64,000 nt of DNA. It comes from an uncultured delta proteobacterium (GTDB taxonomy: Bacteria > Desulfobacterota > Binatia > UBA9968). The notes beneath the pieces were generated by a model. The model worked only from the letters and a program-made list of their open reading frames with translations. It did no database searches and was not told where the DNA came from. Positions 1-10,156 of the stretch are shown one piece after another; positions within the stretch are counted from its first letter, which is position 1, and every line of letters begins with the position of its first letter. The position numbers and the translations under genes were made by a program. The DNA is taken from positions 32,001 through 96,000 of the forward strand of contig CAWDPO010000045.1 of assembly GCA_963804165.1 (NCBI GenBank), in the 5' to 3' direction.

Positions 1-356
1 GTGTTGGTTCGCAAGCGGCAAGCATGAAAGCCGGGCCGGAAATCCGTGCGATCGTGTGCCTGGAAAATCTCAATTTAAATGACGAACATTATCCCGTCGC
101 GGGGATCTTCGACCTGATCTTGTGCCGCAACGTGCTCATCTATTTTGACGCAGAGTCGCGGGCACGCGTCATTCGTCGCCTGCAAAATCACCTCGCGCCC
201 GGCGGTTACTTGTTCGTCGGCCACGCCGAGAGCTTGAACGGTGTCAGCGAACAACTGCGCCATGTCATCCCAACGGTCTATCATCAGGTTGCCGTAGACA
301 AGCTCTCTCCTGCCGGGTCCGCCGCGCCGTCTTTGGAGACGGGCGCGGTTCGCTAA
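1..356 (+). CDS. cheR: chemotaxis protein-glutamate methyltransferase CheR, C-terminal part (5' end outside window)
   Basis: FDLILCRNVLIYFD and PGGYLFVGHAESL CheR motifs; directly upstream of cheB. Confidence 0.92.
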   Translation, partial: VGSQAASMKAGPEIRAIVCLENLNLNDEHYPVAGIFDLILCRNVLIYFDAESRARVIRRLQNHLAPGGYLFVGHAESLNGVSEQLRHVIPTVYHQVAVDKLSPAGSAAPSLETGAVR

Positions 357-361
357 CCCCT

Positions 362-1462
362 ATGGATCGCCCCAGCTTGCATGTCCTAGTAGTCGATGAC
401 TCTGCGGTGGTCCGCGAAGTCATGACGGCTGTGCTTTCCCAAGAAACTGGGATCACCGTGGCAGTAGCAGCGGATCCGTTTATTGCCATGGGAAAGATCA
501 AGCAGCAGCGACCCGATGTGATTATTCTCGATATCGAGATGCCACGCATGGACGGTCTGACTTTTCTCAAAAAAATTGTCCGGGAAAATCCCATACCCGT
601 AGTCATTTGTTCCGCGCTCACCGGGCCGGGCACGGCGGTCGGGATTCAAGCACTCGAAGAGGGCGCCGTCGAAGTCGTGACCAAACCGCGCTTAGCTGTA
701 AAACAGTTTTTGCACGAGTCTGCGGTCATCCTAATCGACGCTGTGCGCGCGGCCGCGGGAACGCGCGTACAGCTACGCCAAATGACTGAACGATCGTCGG
801 CACAGCGACCCAACGCGGACGCAATATTACCGATACGGGCCCAGTCCGCGGGCAGCAGGAGCGGCGCCGAAACCGTCATCGCCGTCGGTGCTTCGACCGG
901 CGGGACCGAAGCCTTGCGGGTTATTCTAGAGGCCATGCCCGTGGATACTCCTGGTATAGTGGTTGTTCAACATATGCCCGAGGGCTTCACCAAGGCTTTC
1001 GCGCAACGTTTGAATCAAACCTGTGGGATCGAGGTTAGAGAGGCCGTCAATGGCGACCCGCTGACGGCCGGCTTGGCGCTTATCGCGCCCGGAAATCGCC
1101 ATTCGATCCTAAGCCGTGATAGCACACGGTACGTGGTGGAAGTGAGCGATGGACCGTTGGTGTCGCGCCACCGACCGAGCGTCGATGTGCTGTTTCGTTC
1201 CGTCGCGCACCTCGCGGGGGCCAACGCCATCGGTGTCATATTGACCGGCATGGGCAGCGACGGCGCCGAGGGACTGCTGGAAATGAAAAAAACCGGAGCC
1301 TTGACGATCGCGCAAGACGAATCCTCCTGCGTCGTCTATGGCATGCCGAAGGAAGCCATCGAACGGGGCGCGGTGGACAAGGTCGTAAGCCTGTCGCGAA
1401 TCCCCCATGAGATATTGAGCGCGGGGTTGCAAAAACAATGGAGTCTCGGCGCACACAGATAA
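362..1462 (+). CDS. cheB: chemotaxis response regulator methylesterase CheB
   Basis: N-terminal receiver (VLVVDDS, LDIEMPRMDG); GASTGG, QHMP and ILTGMGSDG catalytic motifs. Confidence 0.97.
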   Translation: MDRPSLHVLVVDDSAVVREVMTAVLSQETGITVAVAADPFIAMGKIKQQRPDVIILDIEMPRMDGLTFLKKIVRENPIPVVICSALTGPGTAVGIQALEEGAVEVVTKPRLAVKQFLHESAVILIDAVRAAAGTRVQLRQMTERSSAQRPNADAILPIRAQSAGSRSGAETVIAVGASTGGTEALRVILEAMPVDTPGIVVVQHMPEGFTKAFAQRLNQTCGIEVREAVNGDPLTAGLALIAPGNRHSILSRDSTRYVVEVSDGPLVSRHRPSVDVLFRSVAHLAGANAIGVILTGMGSDGAEGLLEMKKTGALTIAQDESSCVVYGMPKEAIERGAVDKVVSLSRIPHEILSAGLQKQWSLGAHR

Positions 1463-1540
1463 CGCGGACGGACCCGGATTCGCAGAGATTCGAATCGCTG
1501 ATGGAAATAGATCTTGGATAGGAAAAAGGAGGATATCGTC

Positions 1541-1933
1541 GTGGGCGACAGTAAAAAAGTAAGAGTGTTGGCGGTTGATGACTCGAAGACCATGCTCGCC
1601 ATGATCGCAGCCCAACTAAGGGACAGCAATTTTGAAGTCGTGGCGACTGCTAGCAGCGGCGTGGAAGCCGTGGAAAAATACAAACAATTCAAGCCGCAAC
1701 TCGTTCTACTGGATATCGTCATGCCGGAAGTCACCGGAATCGATACCCTCGTGCAGCTGCTCGAAACCGATACGAGCGCGCGCATCGTCATGGTGAGTTC
1801 GGTCGGGACCGAAGACACGGTAAAGGACTGCTTGCGTAAAGGCGCTAAGAGCTTTTTGCAAAAACCGCTGCAAAAAGAGGGCATGCTGAATATCCTAAAA
1901 AATGTTTGCCAGGACACCGGGGTGGAATTATGA
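1541..1933 (+). CDS. single-domain response regulator (CheY-like)
   Basis: VLAVDDS, LLDIVMPE, FLQKP; GTG start at 1541 after AAGGAGG. Confidence 0.9.
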   Translation: MGDSKKVRVLAVDDSKTMLAMIAAQLRDSNFEVVATASSGVEAVEKYKQFKPQLVLLDIVMPEVTGIDTLVQLLETDTSARIVMVSSVGTEDTVKDCLRKGAKSFLQKPLQKEGMLNILKNVCQDTGVEL

Positions 1934-2787
1934 GCACGAGATTTTTTGGGCAGTACTTGTTGGAAAAAGGTCGTATCACCTCCCAACAGTTGCTAGAAGC
2001 ATTGGAATGCCAGAAAGATATAACGGCTCCCATCGCCGCCATGGCCCTGGAAAAGGGCTTGATGAGCGCTAACCAGATAAGACAGATACTCGAACAGCAA
2101 AGAAAGAAAAAACAGACCTTCGCCGAACTGGTGCGCGAGATGGGATTCCTCAACCAGACTCAGATCGATGAAATGGTCCGCGACCAGGAGTCGGGTCATC
2201 GGCTACGTTTGGGCGAAGCCCTGGTTTTGAAGGGCTCGGTTACTCCTGAAACGCTCGATAAAGAACTGAAGGAATACCGCAAGGAATCTGAACGGCTTAC
2301 CGCGGAGATCTCAGCGGCCTTCAGCAATCTCGCCCACAAACAAATCGTTAAGACCTTCACCGATTTGATGCTGATGATGTTTACCCAGTTTGGCAAGCAA
2401 GATATCGTCATCGAACGCTGCGAAACCGGCAAAGAAAAAGTTCGACTGTTTCGCTGGGTGATCTCCCAAAAAATAGCCGGATCAGACGTCCAGTTTAATT
2501 GTTTGCTTTCCGTCCCTCCCAAATTGCTGTTGCAGATGGCGTCCACGATGTTGGATGAAAACGTCATGACGCCGAACGAGCTCGCCCTGGACGCCACCAA
2601 AGAGTTCGTCAATATCGCCAATGGCACGGCGTGCGCAAAACTTTCGGAAGACGGCGTAAGCCTGACGATGCTCCCACCCGAAGTTTACGAAACCACGACG
2701 ACGCCCTACCCCTTACAAGCAAAAGATGTCGTTTGCGTTCATCTCGCCGCCCCGGATGCAAAATTAGAAGTCGCATTTGAGTTTTAA
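1930..2787 (+). CDS. CheX-like phosphatase with N-terminal MshEN-like helical repeats
   Basis: FFGQYLLEKGRITSQQLLEALECQ and RLGEALVLKGSVTPETLDKEL repeats; C-terminal DATKEFVNIANG (ExxN); ATGA overlap with upstream stop. Confidence 0.75.
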   Translation: MSTRFFGQYLLEKGRITSQQLLEALECQKDITAPIAAMALEKGLMSANQIRQILEQQRKKKQTFAELVREMGFLNQTQIDEMVRDQESGHRLRLGEALVLKGSVTPETLDKELKEYRKESERLTAEISAAFSNLAHKQIVKTFTDLMLMMFTQFGKQDIVIERCETGKEKVRLFRWVISQKIAGSDVQFNCLLSVPPKLLLQMASTMLDENVMTPNELALDATKEFVNIANGTACAKLSEDGVSLTMLPPEVYETTTTPYPLQAKDVVCVHLAAPDAKLEVAFEF

Positions 2788-3144
2788 GCCGATGCAATCG
2801 GAGGGTCCCGGGGGATCTTCCGATTGGCCCTCGAATCTTTGACTCACGCAGCAGCATGCCGGCCATTTTCGAATGGCGCTGATCACCGTGGGAAGACCCC
2901 GATCGCTGGAAATTCATTGAGGTAAGCAACACGACGACGATCTTAGAAATCAATAAGAAATAGCTGGTGGCTGCCGTTCCCCCCGCTGTCGGCGCCGAAT
3001 GGTTAGAATGCATGCAATTCCTCGCCAAGAAAAAATTTGCTTTGCTGGCCGGTTGAATCAGTCTGGTAAGTTCCGGCGGTGGAAAATTAATTACTGCGCA
3101 GCAGGCTGACGCGGTATCAGGGAAATCGAGATCCACTTACTCAG

Positions 3145-3224
3145 CCGTCACCCCCATGTCCTGATCGAGGGTCCAGTCCCAACCTCCTTCCTGGATTCCG
3201 GCTAAAAGCATGCCGGAATAGCGG
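3145..3224. repeat. REP-like palindromic intergenic element
   Basis: CCGTCA...CTGGATTCCGGC-TAAAAGCAT-GCCGGAAT hairpin, related to the element at 8780. Confidence 0.6.
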
Positions 3225-3300
3225 ACTTCGGTGAGGGATTAAATTCTGCGTGGAATCCAATCCGTGGAAATTGAATTGGCCGGATTAAATACCGGCGGCT

Positions 3301-5382
3301 TTAGGGTAGTTCTTTTGCGAAGGCGGCGTCGCTGCTATTTTTCATCACTTCATAGAGCTGCTCTTGCGAGCGGAGAAAATTGGAGCCTTGGGTCCGCGTT
3401 CTAACGGAGGCTCCATCCGGTTGCACCAGCCACGCTTTTACCGTGTCGACCAACTGAACTTCCAGAATTTCTTTTAGCCTCGCTTGATGCTGAGGATCGA
3501 GAATCGGAAAAGCGATTTCGAGCCGCCGGTCAAAATTCCGCTGCATCCAATCAGCCGATGCCAACAGGAAAACCGGCTCGCCGCCGTTGTGGAAATAAAA
3601 AATCCGGGCGTGCTCGAGATATCGATCGATGATGGAAACCACCCGTATCCGTTCAGAGACTCCTGACAACCCTGGCCGCAAGCTGCACATGCCGCGCACG
3701 AGCAGATCAACTTGCACGCCGGCTTGGCTCGCCAGATAGAGCTCCTCGATCAGAGCGGGATCAATCAGGCTGTTTACCTTAGCGATGATGCGCGCGGCTT
3801 GGCCGGCGCGGGCCTGTTCCGCTTCCTTTCGGATATGCGCGAGGAAATGCTCTCTCAGTGCGATCGGAGCCAACAGCAGATGGTTGAATTTTTGCGGCCG
3901 CGTGTAACCGGTGAGCAGATTGAAAAGCTCGGTAAGATCCTGGCCGAAAGTCTCCCGGCAGGTGAAAAGACCGAGGTCGCTGTAGATACCGGCCGTGCGC
4001 GCGTTGTAATTGCCCGTGGCAAGGTGGCAATAGCGCCGAATGCCGTCGCCTTCTTGGCGCACAACCAGACAAATCTTGCAGTGGGTTTTATATCCCACCA
4101 TGCCGTAGACAACATGGGCGCCGACTTCTTCCAAGGCGCGCGCCCAGGTGATGTTGGCTTCCTCGTCGAAGCGCGCTTGCAGCTCGACTAGAACGGACAC
4201 TTCTTTCCCCGCTTCGGCGGCGCGGGCCAGTGCTTGGGCAATGGGGGACCCGGCGCTGACGCGATAGAGCGTCATCTTGATCGCCAAGACTTTCGGATCC
4301 TTCGCCGCTTCTTCGACGAAGCGCGTGACCGCATCGAAGGACTGATAGGGATGAAACACCAAAACGTCGCCGCTCCGAATCGCGCTCCAGATATCCGGCG
4401 CACGGTCGAAGGCCGGCACTGAAAGAGGCATTCGCGGCCGGTCTTTCAATCGCGGCGCATTTACCGCGGCATAAAGCTGGAACAAGTCGGTGAACGCGGT
4501 AAATCCCGTGCCCGGGTAGAGATCTTCAATAACAAGTTCTAGTTCCTCAACCAACTGAGCGACGATTTCTTTCGGCAACGCTGGATCATATTGAAGTCGC
4601 ACCGCATCACCCATGCGCCGGTCACGAATCCCCTGCTCGATTGTCATAAGCAGATCTTCATCGCGGCGGCGCGTCATGCCGTAATCGGCGTCGCGCGTCA
4701 CCCGGATGGCGTGGCATGACAGAATTTCGAAACCGTGATAGAGCCGCGGCAAGTAATGACGTAGAACATCTTCGAGCAGCATAAAGGCGTGCTGGCCGTC
4801 GCGGGCGGGAAGAGGAATAAAACGCGGAGCAACTTGCGTAGGGATATGGACGATCGAAAGGTCCGTGTGCGGCAAACGCGACGCTCCCGTCGCGCGCAAG
4901 GACACGACCAAACACATAGAGCGATTAGCCAAATATGGAAACGGATGACCGGGATCGATCGCCAGCGGTGTGACGATGGGATACAGAATGCGCTGAAAGT
5001 ACTCCTCTAAAAAACGCTCCTGCTCCGCGCTCATTTCCTCCGGGTGAACCAGGTGTATCCCTTCCTTGGTCAACTGCGGCATGAGCGTGTGCAGGAAACA
5101 AAGATGTTGTTCTTCGGCCAACTCGTGGATTCGTCTGGAAACGGCGGTTAAAGTTTCGCCTGGCGTCAAGCCATCAGGGTCGGCGCTTTGGTCGCCATCC
5201 ACGATCATTCTCTTGAGCCGCGCCACTCGGACCATGAAAAACTCATCCAGGTTCGAGCTGAAGATGGCAAGAAACTTCACCCGCTCCAGCAACGGAACGG
5301 TTTCGTCTTTCGCTTCTTCAAGTACTCGGCGGTTAAATTCGAGCCACGACAACTCACGGTTGATATAGCTATTGGTATCCAT
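3301..5382 (-). CDS. ppk1: polyphosphate kinase 1
   Basis: YINRELSWLEFNRRVL, PGHPFP, KTHCK, ATGNYN and RYLEHARI motifs. Confidence 0.97.
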   Translation of the reverse strand: MDTNSYINRELSWLEFNRRVLEEAKDETVPLLERVKFLAIFSSNLDEFFMVRVARLKRMIVDGDQSADPDGLTPGETLTAVSRRIHELAEEQHLCFLHTLMPQLTKEGIHLVHPEEMSAEQERFLEEYFQRILYPIVTPLAIDPGHPFPYLANRSMCLVVSLRATGASRLPHTDLSIVHIPTQVAPRFIPLPARDGQHAFMLLEDVLRHYLPRLYHGFEILSCHAIRVTRDADYGMTRRRDEDLLMTIEQGIRDRRMGDAVRLQYDPALPKEIVAQLVEELELVIEDLYPGTGFTAFTDLFQLYAAVNAPRLKDRPRMPLSVPAFDRAPDIWSAIRSGDVLVFHPYQSFDAVTRFVEEAAKDPKVLAIKMTLYRVSAGSPIAQALARAAEAGKEVSVLVELQARFDEEANITWARALEEVGAHVVYGMVGYKTHCKICLVVRQEGDGIRRYCHLATGNYNARTAGIYSDLGLFTCRETFGQDLTELFNLLTGYTRPQKFNHLLLAPIALREHFLAHIRKEAEQARAGQAARIIAKVNSLIDPALIEELYLASQAGVQVDLLVRGMCSLRPGLSGVSERIRVVSIIDRYLEHARIFYFHNGGEPVFLLASADWMQRNFDRRLEIAFPILDPQHQARLKEILEVQLVDTVKAWLVQPDGASVRTRTQGSNFLRSQEQLYEVMKNSSDAAFAKELP

Positions 5383-5737
5383 AAGACTGCACGTCCCAAC
5401 CCTGTGCAAAGTTTCACCGCGCCGACCCGTGCGCGCCCCGATCTGCGCGTAGGTCTTTTAGCGCACCCAACAAAGCAAAGTGTTACGAAACGATGAACTT
5501 TTCGTTAACTGCCGAGATTACAACCTCAGCGTGTGTTCGCGCTTCTGTAAAGGCTCTCGCTGCCCCATGTTTGAAGGATAATTTGACGCGAGCGGTGCGG
5601 ACATCGGTCTCAATCACCCAGGCGAGATTGCCAGCTGGACCAGCTTACGCAATCAATTGGCGCGGGTGTGAAATCGGCCTGAATATACTTCAGCGGGGAA
5701 AATGCGAGGTTAAACCGGTGGGGATTTTCAACGCGCT

Positions 5738-7357
5738 CTAAACGCCCGCCAGTTTCAGTTTGTTCTTGGCATTCTTGCCGATCTTATTGCGGGGAAACTT
5801 CTCGGCGACATGCTCCAAGAGGTCGATGCCCAAGCTGCGCTCCTGGCCGCCTCGTTCGATAAAACTGAACCCCAGGGCGAATAGATGGTCGGGCGCAAGG
5901 CTCTTGTCCTTCTTGAGCGTGTCGAATACCGGATACGCCGAGTTCCGATAAAGGTCGGTGAGCAGCTCGACGGCGGGATGATTTTTGTGGCTCGTCACCG
6001 TGTGCGCGTGCAGTCTCAGCTGCGCCGAGGCGAGATGAAACTTATTCTCCGGTTTGAATTCCGGGAAATCCTTCAGCGGCGTCAAAAATGCGACCGCTTC
6101 TTTGTATTTTTTCGCTTTGACCAGCTTGGCGCCGTGCTCGGCGAGCCGCCCGTAGGCGAATTCCGCATCGGCTTTTTTCAACACGTGCAGGAAAGCGGTC
6201 TGAATCCGATCATCGTCATCGACCGCTTTTTGCAGCCGCTTCCACAAAGAATCCAGAATTTCCTGGCGCCACTTGCCCTCAAACGCCGGCAACAGCTCAG
6301 CGATGCTCCAGGCTTTACTCGCGTCCTCGCCGGCGATCAGCTCTTTCAGCAATGCGGCGCGCGCTTCGGGAATCTTGCGCAGGGAGCTCGCGGCCACGTC
6401 GCGCCTGCGATAATCCGGATCGCCCAATTGTTCGACCAATGTGCGCACCGTCGCCGGCGTGCCGACGTCGCCCATTTTTCGCAAGGCAAATTTTTGCACG
6501 TCGCTGTGCGGGCTTTGCATCAGTTTGGCGAGCAGCGCGCGCGACTCGTCCGGCAACTCGTGGGCATCGAGCAAATCCAAGGTGAGCCGGGTCACTTCGC
6601 CGAATTCCGTTTCTTCGAGCAACGAGAAAAGCTTTGCGTATTCGTCCTTGCGGATATCCTGATCGCGCAGACAGCGCAGCAGCCCAACTAGCGCATGGGC
6701 ACGCACAGCGGGGTGATGCTCGGAGCCGATGAACTTGAACAGCCAGCGCCGTGCCTGCGGACGGCCGAGCTGCCCAAGCAGGCGCATGACCGATACCACA
6801 GCCGGGCGTTGCTGTTTCTCGTCGAGCCGCGCCGCGAATGCCTCCACATCGTCATAGAGCGAGTCCTGCTCTTTGGCGTCCATTTCACGCACCGCGGGGG
6901 TCATCAGATCGCAGATGATCCGGTTCGCGTCATCCGTGCCGTCAGCGAGCAGTTGCAACAATCCTTTCATCGCCGCTTTGCCTCGCACCGCCGCGAGCAC
7001 GCGCGCGGCATTGACTTGCCAGGGACGCGTTGCTTCCGCGATTTCCTGCAGTAGCGGCTGAACGGCAGACTGTCCGGCGCCAGTCAAAGAGCGGATCGCG
7101 CGCTCTTGCAGCGCTTTGTCCGGATCATTGAGCATCTTGAGCAGCTGTCCGATATTCTTGCTCGACTGTACTTCCTCGAAATAGCGCAGCGCGTAATCTT
7201 TGAGCACCGGATTGGGATTGTCGAGCAGAGTGCCGACCAACTTGACCACCGCCGCGCTGTTGGCCTTAAGCGCGCCGAGGACGAGCACCGCCGCGCAGCG
7301 CTGCTCCATCGTCCCTTTCTCGACCAGAGTCAAAATATCCTGCAGAGTGTCGTCCAT
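5738..7357 (-). CDS. HEAT-repeat alpha-solenoid protein
   Basis: repeated L..L.D....R..A...L pattern (LGDPDYRRRDVAASSL, LNDPDKALQERAIRSL). Confidence 0.8.
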   Translation of the reverse strand: MDDTLQDILTLVEKGTMEQRCAAVLVLGALKANSAAVVKLVGTLLDNPNPVLKDYALRYFEEVQSSKNIGQLLKMLNDPDKALQERAIRSLTGAGQSAVQPLLQEIAEATRPWQVNAARVLAAVRGKAAMKGLLQLLADGTDDANRIICDLMTPAVREMDAKEQDSLYDDVEAFAARLDEKQQRPAVVSVMRLLGQLGRPQARRWLFKFIGSEHHPAVRAHALVGLLRCLRDQDIRKDEYAKLFSLLEETEFGEVTRLTLDLLDAHELPDESRALLAKLMQSPHSDVQKFALRKMGDVGTPATVRTLVEQLGDPDYRRRDVAASSLRKIPEARAALLKELIAGEDASKAWSIAELLPAFEGKWRQEILDSLWKRLQKAVDDDDRIQTAFLHVLKKADAEFAYGRLAEHGAKLVKAKKYKEAVAFLTPLKDFPEFKPENKFHLASAQLRLHAHTVTSHKNHPAVELLTDLYRNSAYPVFDTLKKDKSLAPDHLFALGFSFIERGGQERSLGIDLLEHVAEKFPRNKIGKNAKNKLKLAGV

Positions 7358-7404
7358 AATTCTTACTCGACTCTTTACTTACCAAGTTGGTCTAGAAACA
7401 CAAG

Positions 7405-7465
7405 GTAGGGGCGGACCCGCGTGTCCGCCCGCTCGGACAGGCGACCACATGGGGTCTGCCCTTAC
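7405..7465. repeat. GTAG-type REP doublet
   Basis: GTAGGGGCGGACCCGCGTGTCCGCCC ... GGCGACCACATGGGGTCTGCCCTTAC. Confidence 0.7.
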
Positions 7466-7529
7466 AATTGTTCCTTGACTCCAATTCGAATTGGCAGTAC
7501 GCGAAGATTTGACCACAACAGGAGGAAAA

Positions 7530-8687
7530 ATGTTTCACACTGATCTTACCCCGTTCGGCGTCGATATGGAGCATCTCGCCAAGGATCGTCTGGCGCGACT
7601 GCAGGCCGTGATGAAGCGTGAAAATCTCGGCGCCCTGTTGCTCACGGATTTTCTGAATATCCGCTACGCCACCAACACGGTCATGATGCTCGGCCTACGC
7701 GCCACGGGAATCCAACGCTTCGCGCTCATTCCAGCCGAAGGAGAGCCGCTGATTTGTCAGCGCGAGCTGGCCCGCAAGAAACATTTTCAGAGCTTGCGCT
7801 TCGACGCCTACATGTTCGCCATGCGCCCGCCGGTAGCCACCGAAGATTTTGTCAACCAGGCGGTGTTGGGCTTGAAACAGCTGGGCGTCGCCGGCGAGCG
7901 CGTCGGCGTGGATTGTTTGAATCTCAACGCAGTGGAGGGATTGAAGGACGCCGAAATTCACCTCGTCGATGGTTGGCCGGCGATCAATCAAGCTCGCGCG
8001 GTGAAGACCGTGGATGAATTGCAGCTGATCCGCTGGACCACTAAAGCCAAGGAAAACGGCTACGATTTCGTGCGCCAGGCGTTGCGCGAGTCCGATCCTC
8101 CGGAAGATAGACTTAGCCGGATCATGCTCGATTATTTGCTGGATCAAGGCTTCGAAGCCGGCAGCGAGTTTATTTCAATCTACGATTCTTCGCTCGCGGA
8201 GTCACGGCCGCACAACGAACCGATGGGCTCCGACCTGGTGGTGAAAGACGGCGACTTGGTGATCTGCGACGCCACCGTCGCCGGTCCCGGCGGGTACTAC
8301 AGCGACTTCGCTCGCACCTTCAGCCACGGCACGCCCACGACCGAAACCAAGCAGCGCTACAAGGAAGCCTATCATTCGCTGCAGGAGGCGTTGAAGTTTG
8401 TCAAGCCAGGCCCATGCACGGAAGCGTTTCGTCATTTCGGCAGAGGCGCGGCGGCAAGACTGCCGGGCTTCGACGGTTTTCATGGCGTCGGCTTGTGCAT
8501 CTACGAATCGCCGTGGCTGCGCGGCGGCGACCCGGAAAAATACATGATCTCGCTCGAAGAAAACATGATCGTGGCTCTGGAAATCAATCACTACCCGGTC
8601 AAGCTCGAACACTTGCTGCGCGTCACCGCCGACGGCGCCGAGATCCTATCGCACTATCCCGTCGATCCGGAATTGGTGGCGGCGTAG
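7530..8687 (+). CDS. M24 family (Xaa-Pro peptidase/creatinase-like) protein
   Basis: creatinase_N-like N-terminus; metal ligands ICDAT, YYSDFART, FHGVG, ALE, KLEH; GGAGG RBS. Confidence 0.88.
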   Translation: MFHTDLTPFGVDMEHLAKDRLARLQAVMKRENLGALLLTDFLNIRYATNTVMMLGLRATGIQRFALIPAEGEPLICQRELARKKHFQSLRFDAYMFAMRPPVATEDFVNQAVLGLKQLGVAGERVGVDCLNLNAVEGLKDAEIHLVDGWPAINQARAVKTVDELQLIRWTTKAKENGYDFVRQALRESDPPEDRLSRIMLDYLLDQGFEAGSEFISIYDSSLAESRPHNEPMGSDLVVKDGDLVICDATVAGPGGYYSDFARTFSHGTPTTETKQRYKEAYHSLQEALKFVKPGPCTEAFRHFGRGAAARLPGFDGFHGVGLCIYESPWLRGGDPEKYMISLEENMIVALEINHYPVKLEHLLRVTADGAEILSHYPVDPELVAA

Positions 8688-8779
8688 GAATCCCGTGACT
8701 ACGAAGTGCTTGATGAGGTTACGAACGCCCACAGAAAATGAAAATGGACGGATTTCCCTCCACATCGTGCTCTCCTCAA

Positions 8780-8857
8780 CCGTCATTCCCGCGCACGCGG
8801 GAATCCAGGTTTGTTCCACCTAATTAGCCTGGATACCGGCGTTCACCGGTATGACGG
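8780..8857. repeat. REP-like doublet
   Basis: CGTCATTCCCGCGCACGCGGGAATCCAGG ... CCTGGATACCGGCGTTCACCGGTATGACGG inverted pair. Confidence 0.75.
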
Positions 8858-9032
8858 ACCCAGGTGGCCTCTTCGTTCTCATCCCCGCACAAGTATTTTC
8901 GAAGGAGAAGTCACAAAGAACCCGAAGCTTAAGCTATTGATATCTGAATTCTTCGTGACCTTTTGTGTGGTTCGTGGCGAGATGTTATTTTTTGTGGAAT
9001 TCGGTCGGTTCGACGGAGCAGCGCTCTTCGAC

Positions 9033-9056
9033 TTGAACGGCTTGAACGTTTTGAAC
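9033..9056. repeat. 9-bp-period TTGAAC tandem repeat
   Basis: TTGAACGGC TTGAACGTT TTGAAC; same family at 23118 and 27715. Confidence 0.7.
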
Positions 9057-9057
9057 C

Positions 9058-10116
9058 TTATTTTCTCCCAACCTCTCTTAAAACTTTCTGCCACTTCGTC
9101 GCTTCTTTATCGTACTGTTCTGTGGTGAGTCCCGCTTCCGGATACCAGCGTTTGAAGCCAAAGTCTTTTGCCGGACTGCCGAACTGCAAATCCTCTAGGA
9201 TTTTTTGTCCTTCCGGACTCAAGATAAAATCCGCCATCAGCACCGCCGCGTGCGGATGAGGCGCTTGATAGAGAATCGCCGTGGCGCCGGCGTTGGTCGG
9301 TACCGATTCCATCGCCACCCAATTGATCGGCGCGCCCTTGAGCTTCGACTCCATGGCATGATCGCGAAAGATCGACGGCGAGATCGGCACTTCGCCCGCA
9401 ATCGCCATGTCCGCCATCGCCCGCCCGGAAATCGAGTGAAGGCTGATTTCCTGCGCTTTGAGCTTGCGCGCGAATTCTTCGCCTTTGAACTTCAGTATCG
9501 CCCCCATCATGCGCACGCCGGTATCGCTGGTAGTCAACCCCATCTTGCCTTTCAATTGCGGATTCAAGAGACCGTTGAAGTTTTTCGGTAACGCGCTTGC
9601 TGGAATCAAGTTGGGATTGTAGCCGACGCCGATGAAGCTCTCGCGATTGACGCCCCAATAGAAAAGACCGTTACCCGCCTTTTCCCTGGCTTGGGCCGGA
9701 TACTTTAATAGATGCGGCGAAGTGTAAACCGCGAGGAGGCCATCCTCGCGCAGGCTCTTCAGCAGCGGCAGGGTCGTCTCGATGGTATCGACTAAATATT
9801 GCCGCGCCTTCGCCTCCGCTGTGATGCGCGCCATGAGCTCATTGCTCGCCGCCCGATAAACATCGACTTTGACGCCGGGATATTTTTTCTCGAATCCTTG
9901 CGCCAACTCTTTGTAGGAACTCCCGGCGAGAGACGTGTACCAAACCACTTTGCCTTCAGCCTTGGCGCCTGCGACGAGAACGGCCTCACGGTCGGCGCCG
10001 GTGTAAGTCACCAGATCGGCGAGCGTGCTCGGCGCTTTCGCCTGAGCATTGCTCGTTGACAGCATGTTGAAGAGAATGAGGATAACGACAATGAATTGTC
10101 CGAAATGAAAGCTCAT
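9058..10116 (-). CDS. ABC transporter extracellular solute-binding protein (Fe3+/thiamine-like family)
   Basis: signal peptide; GAKAEGKVVWYTS, GYNPNL, APHPHAAVLMADFILSPEGQ. Confidence 0.88.
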   Translation of the reverse strand: MSFHFGQFIVVILILFNMLSTSNAQAKAPSTLADLVTYTGADREAVLVAGAKAEGKVVWYTSLAGSSYKELAQGFEKKYPGVKVDVYRAASNELMARITAEAKARQYLVDTIETTLPLLKSLREDGLLAVYTSPHLLKYPAQAREKAGNGLFYWGVNRESFIGVGYNPNLIPASALPKNFNGLLNPQLKGKMGLTTSDTGVRMMGAILKFKGEEFARKLKAQEISLHSISGRAMADMAIAGEVPISPSIFRDHAMESKLKGAPINWVAMESVPTNAGATAILYQAPHPHAAVLMADFILSPEGQKILEDLQFGSPAKDFGFKRWYPEAGLTTEQYDKEATKWQKVLREVGRK

Positions 10117-10156
10117 GAATCCTTCCTGTCGATTTAAACACTCGCGGCCTGGGTTC

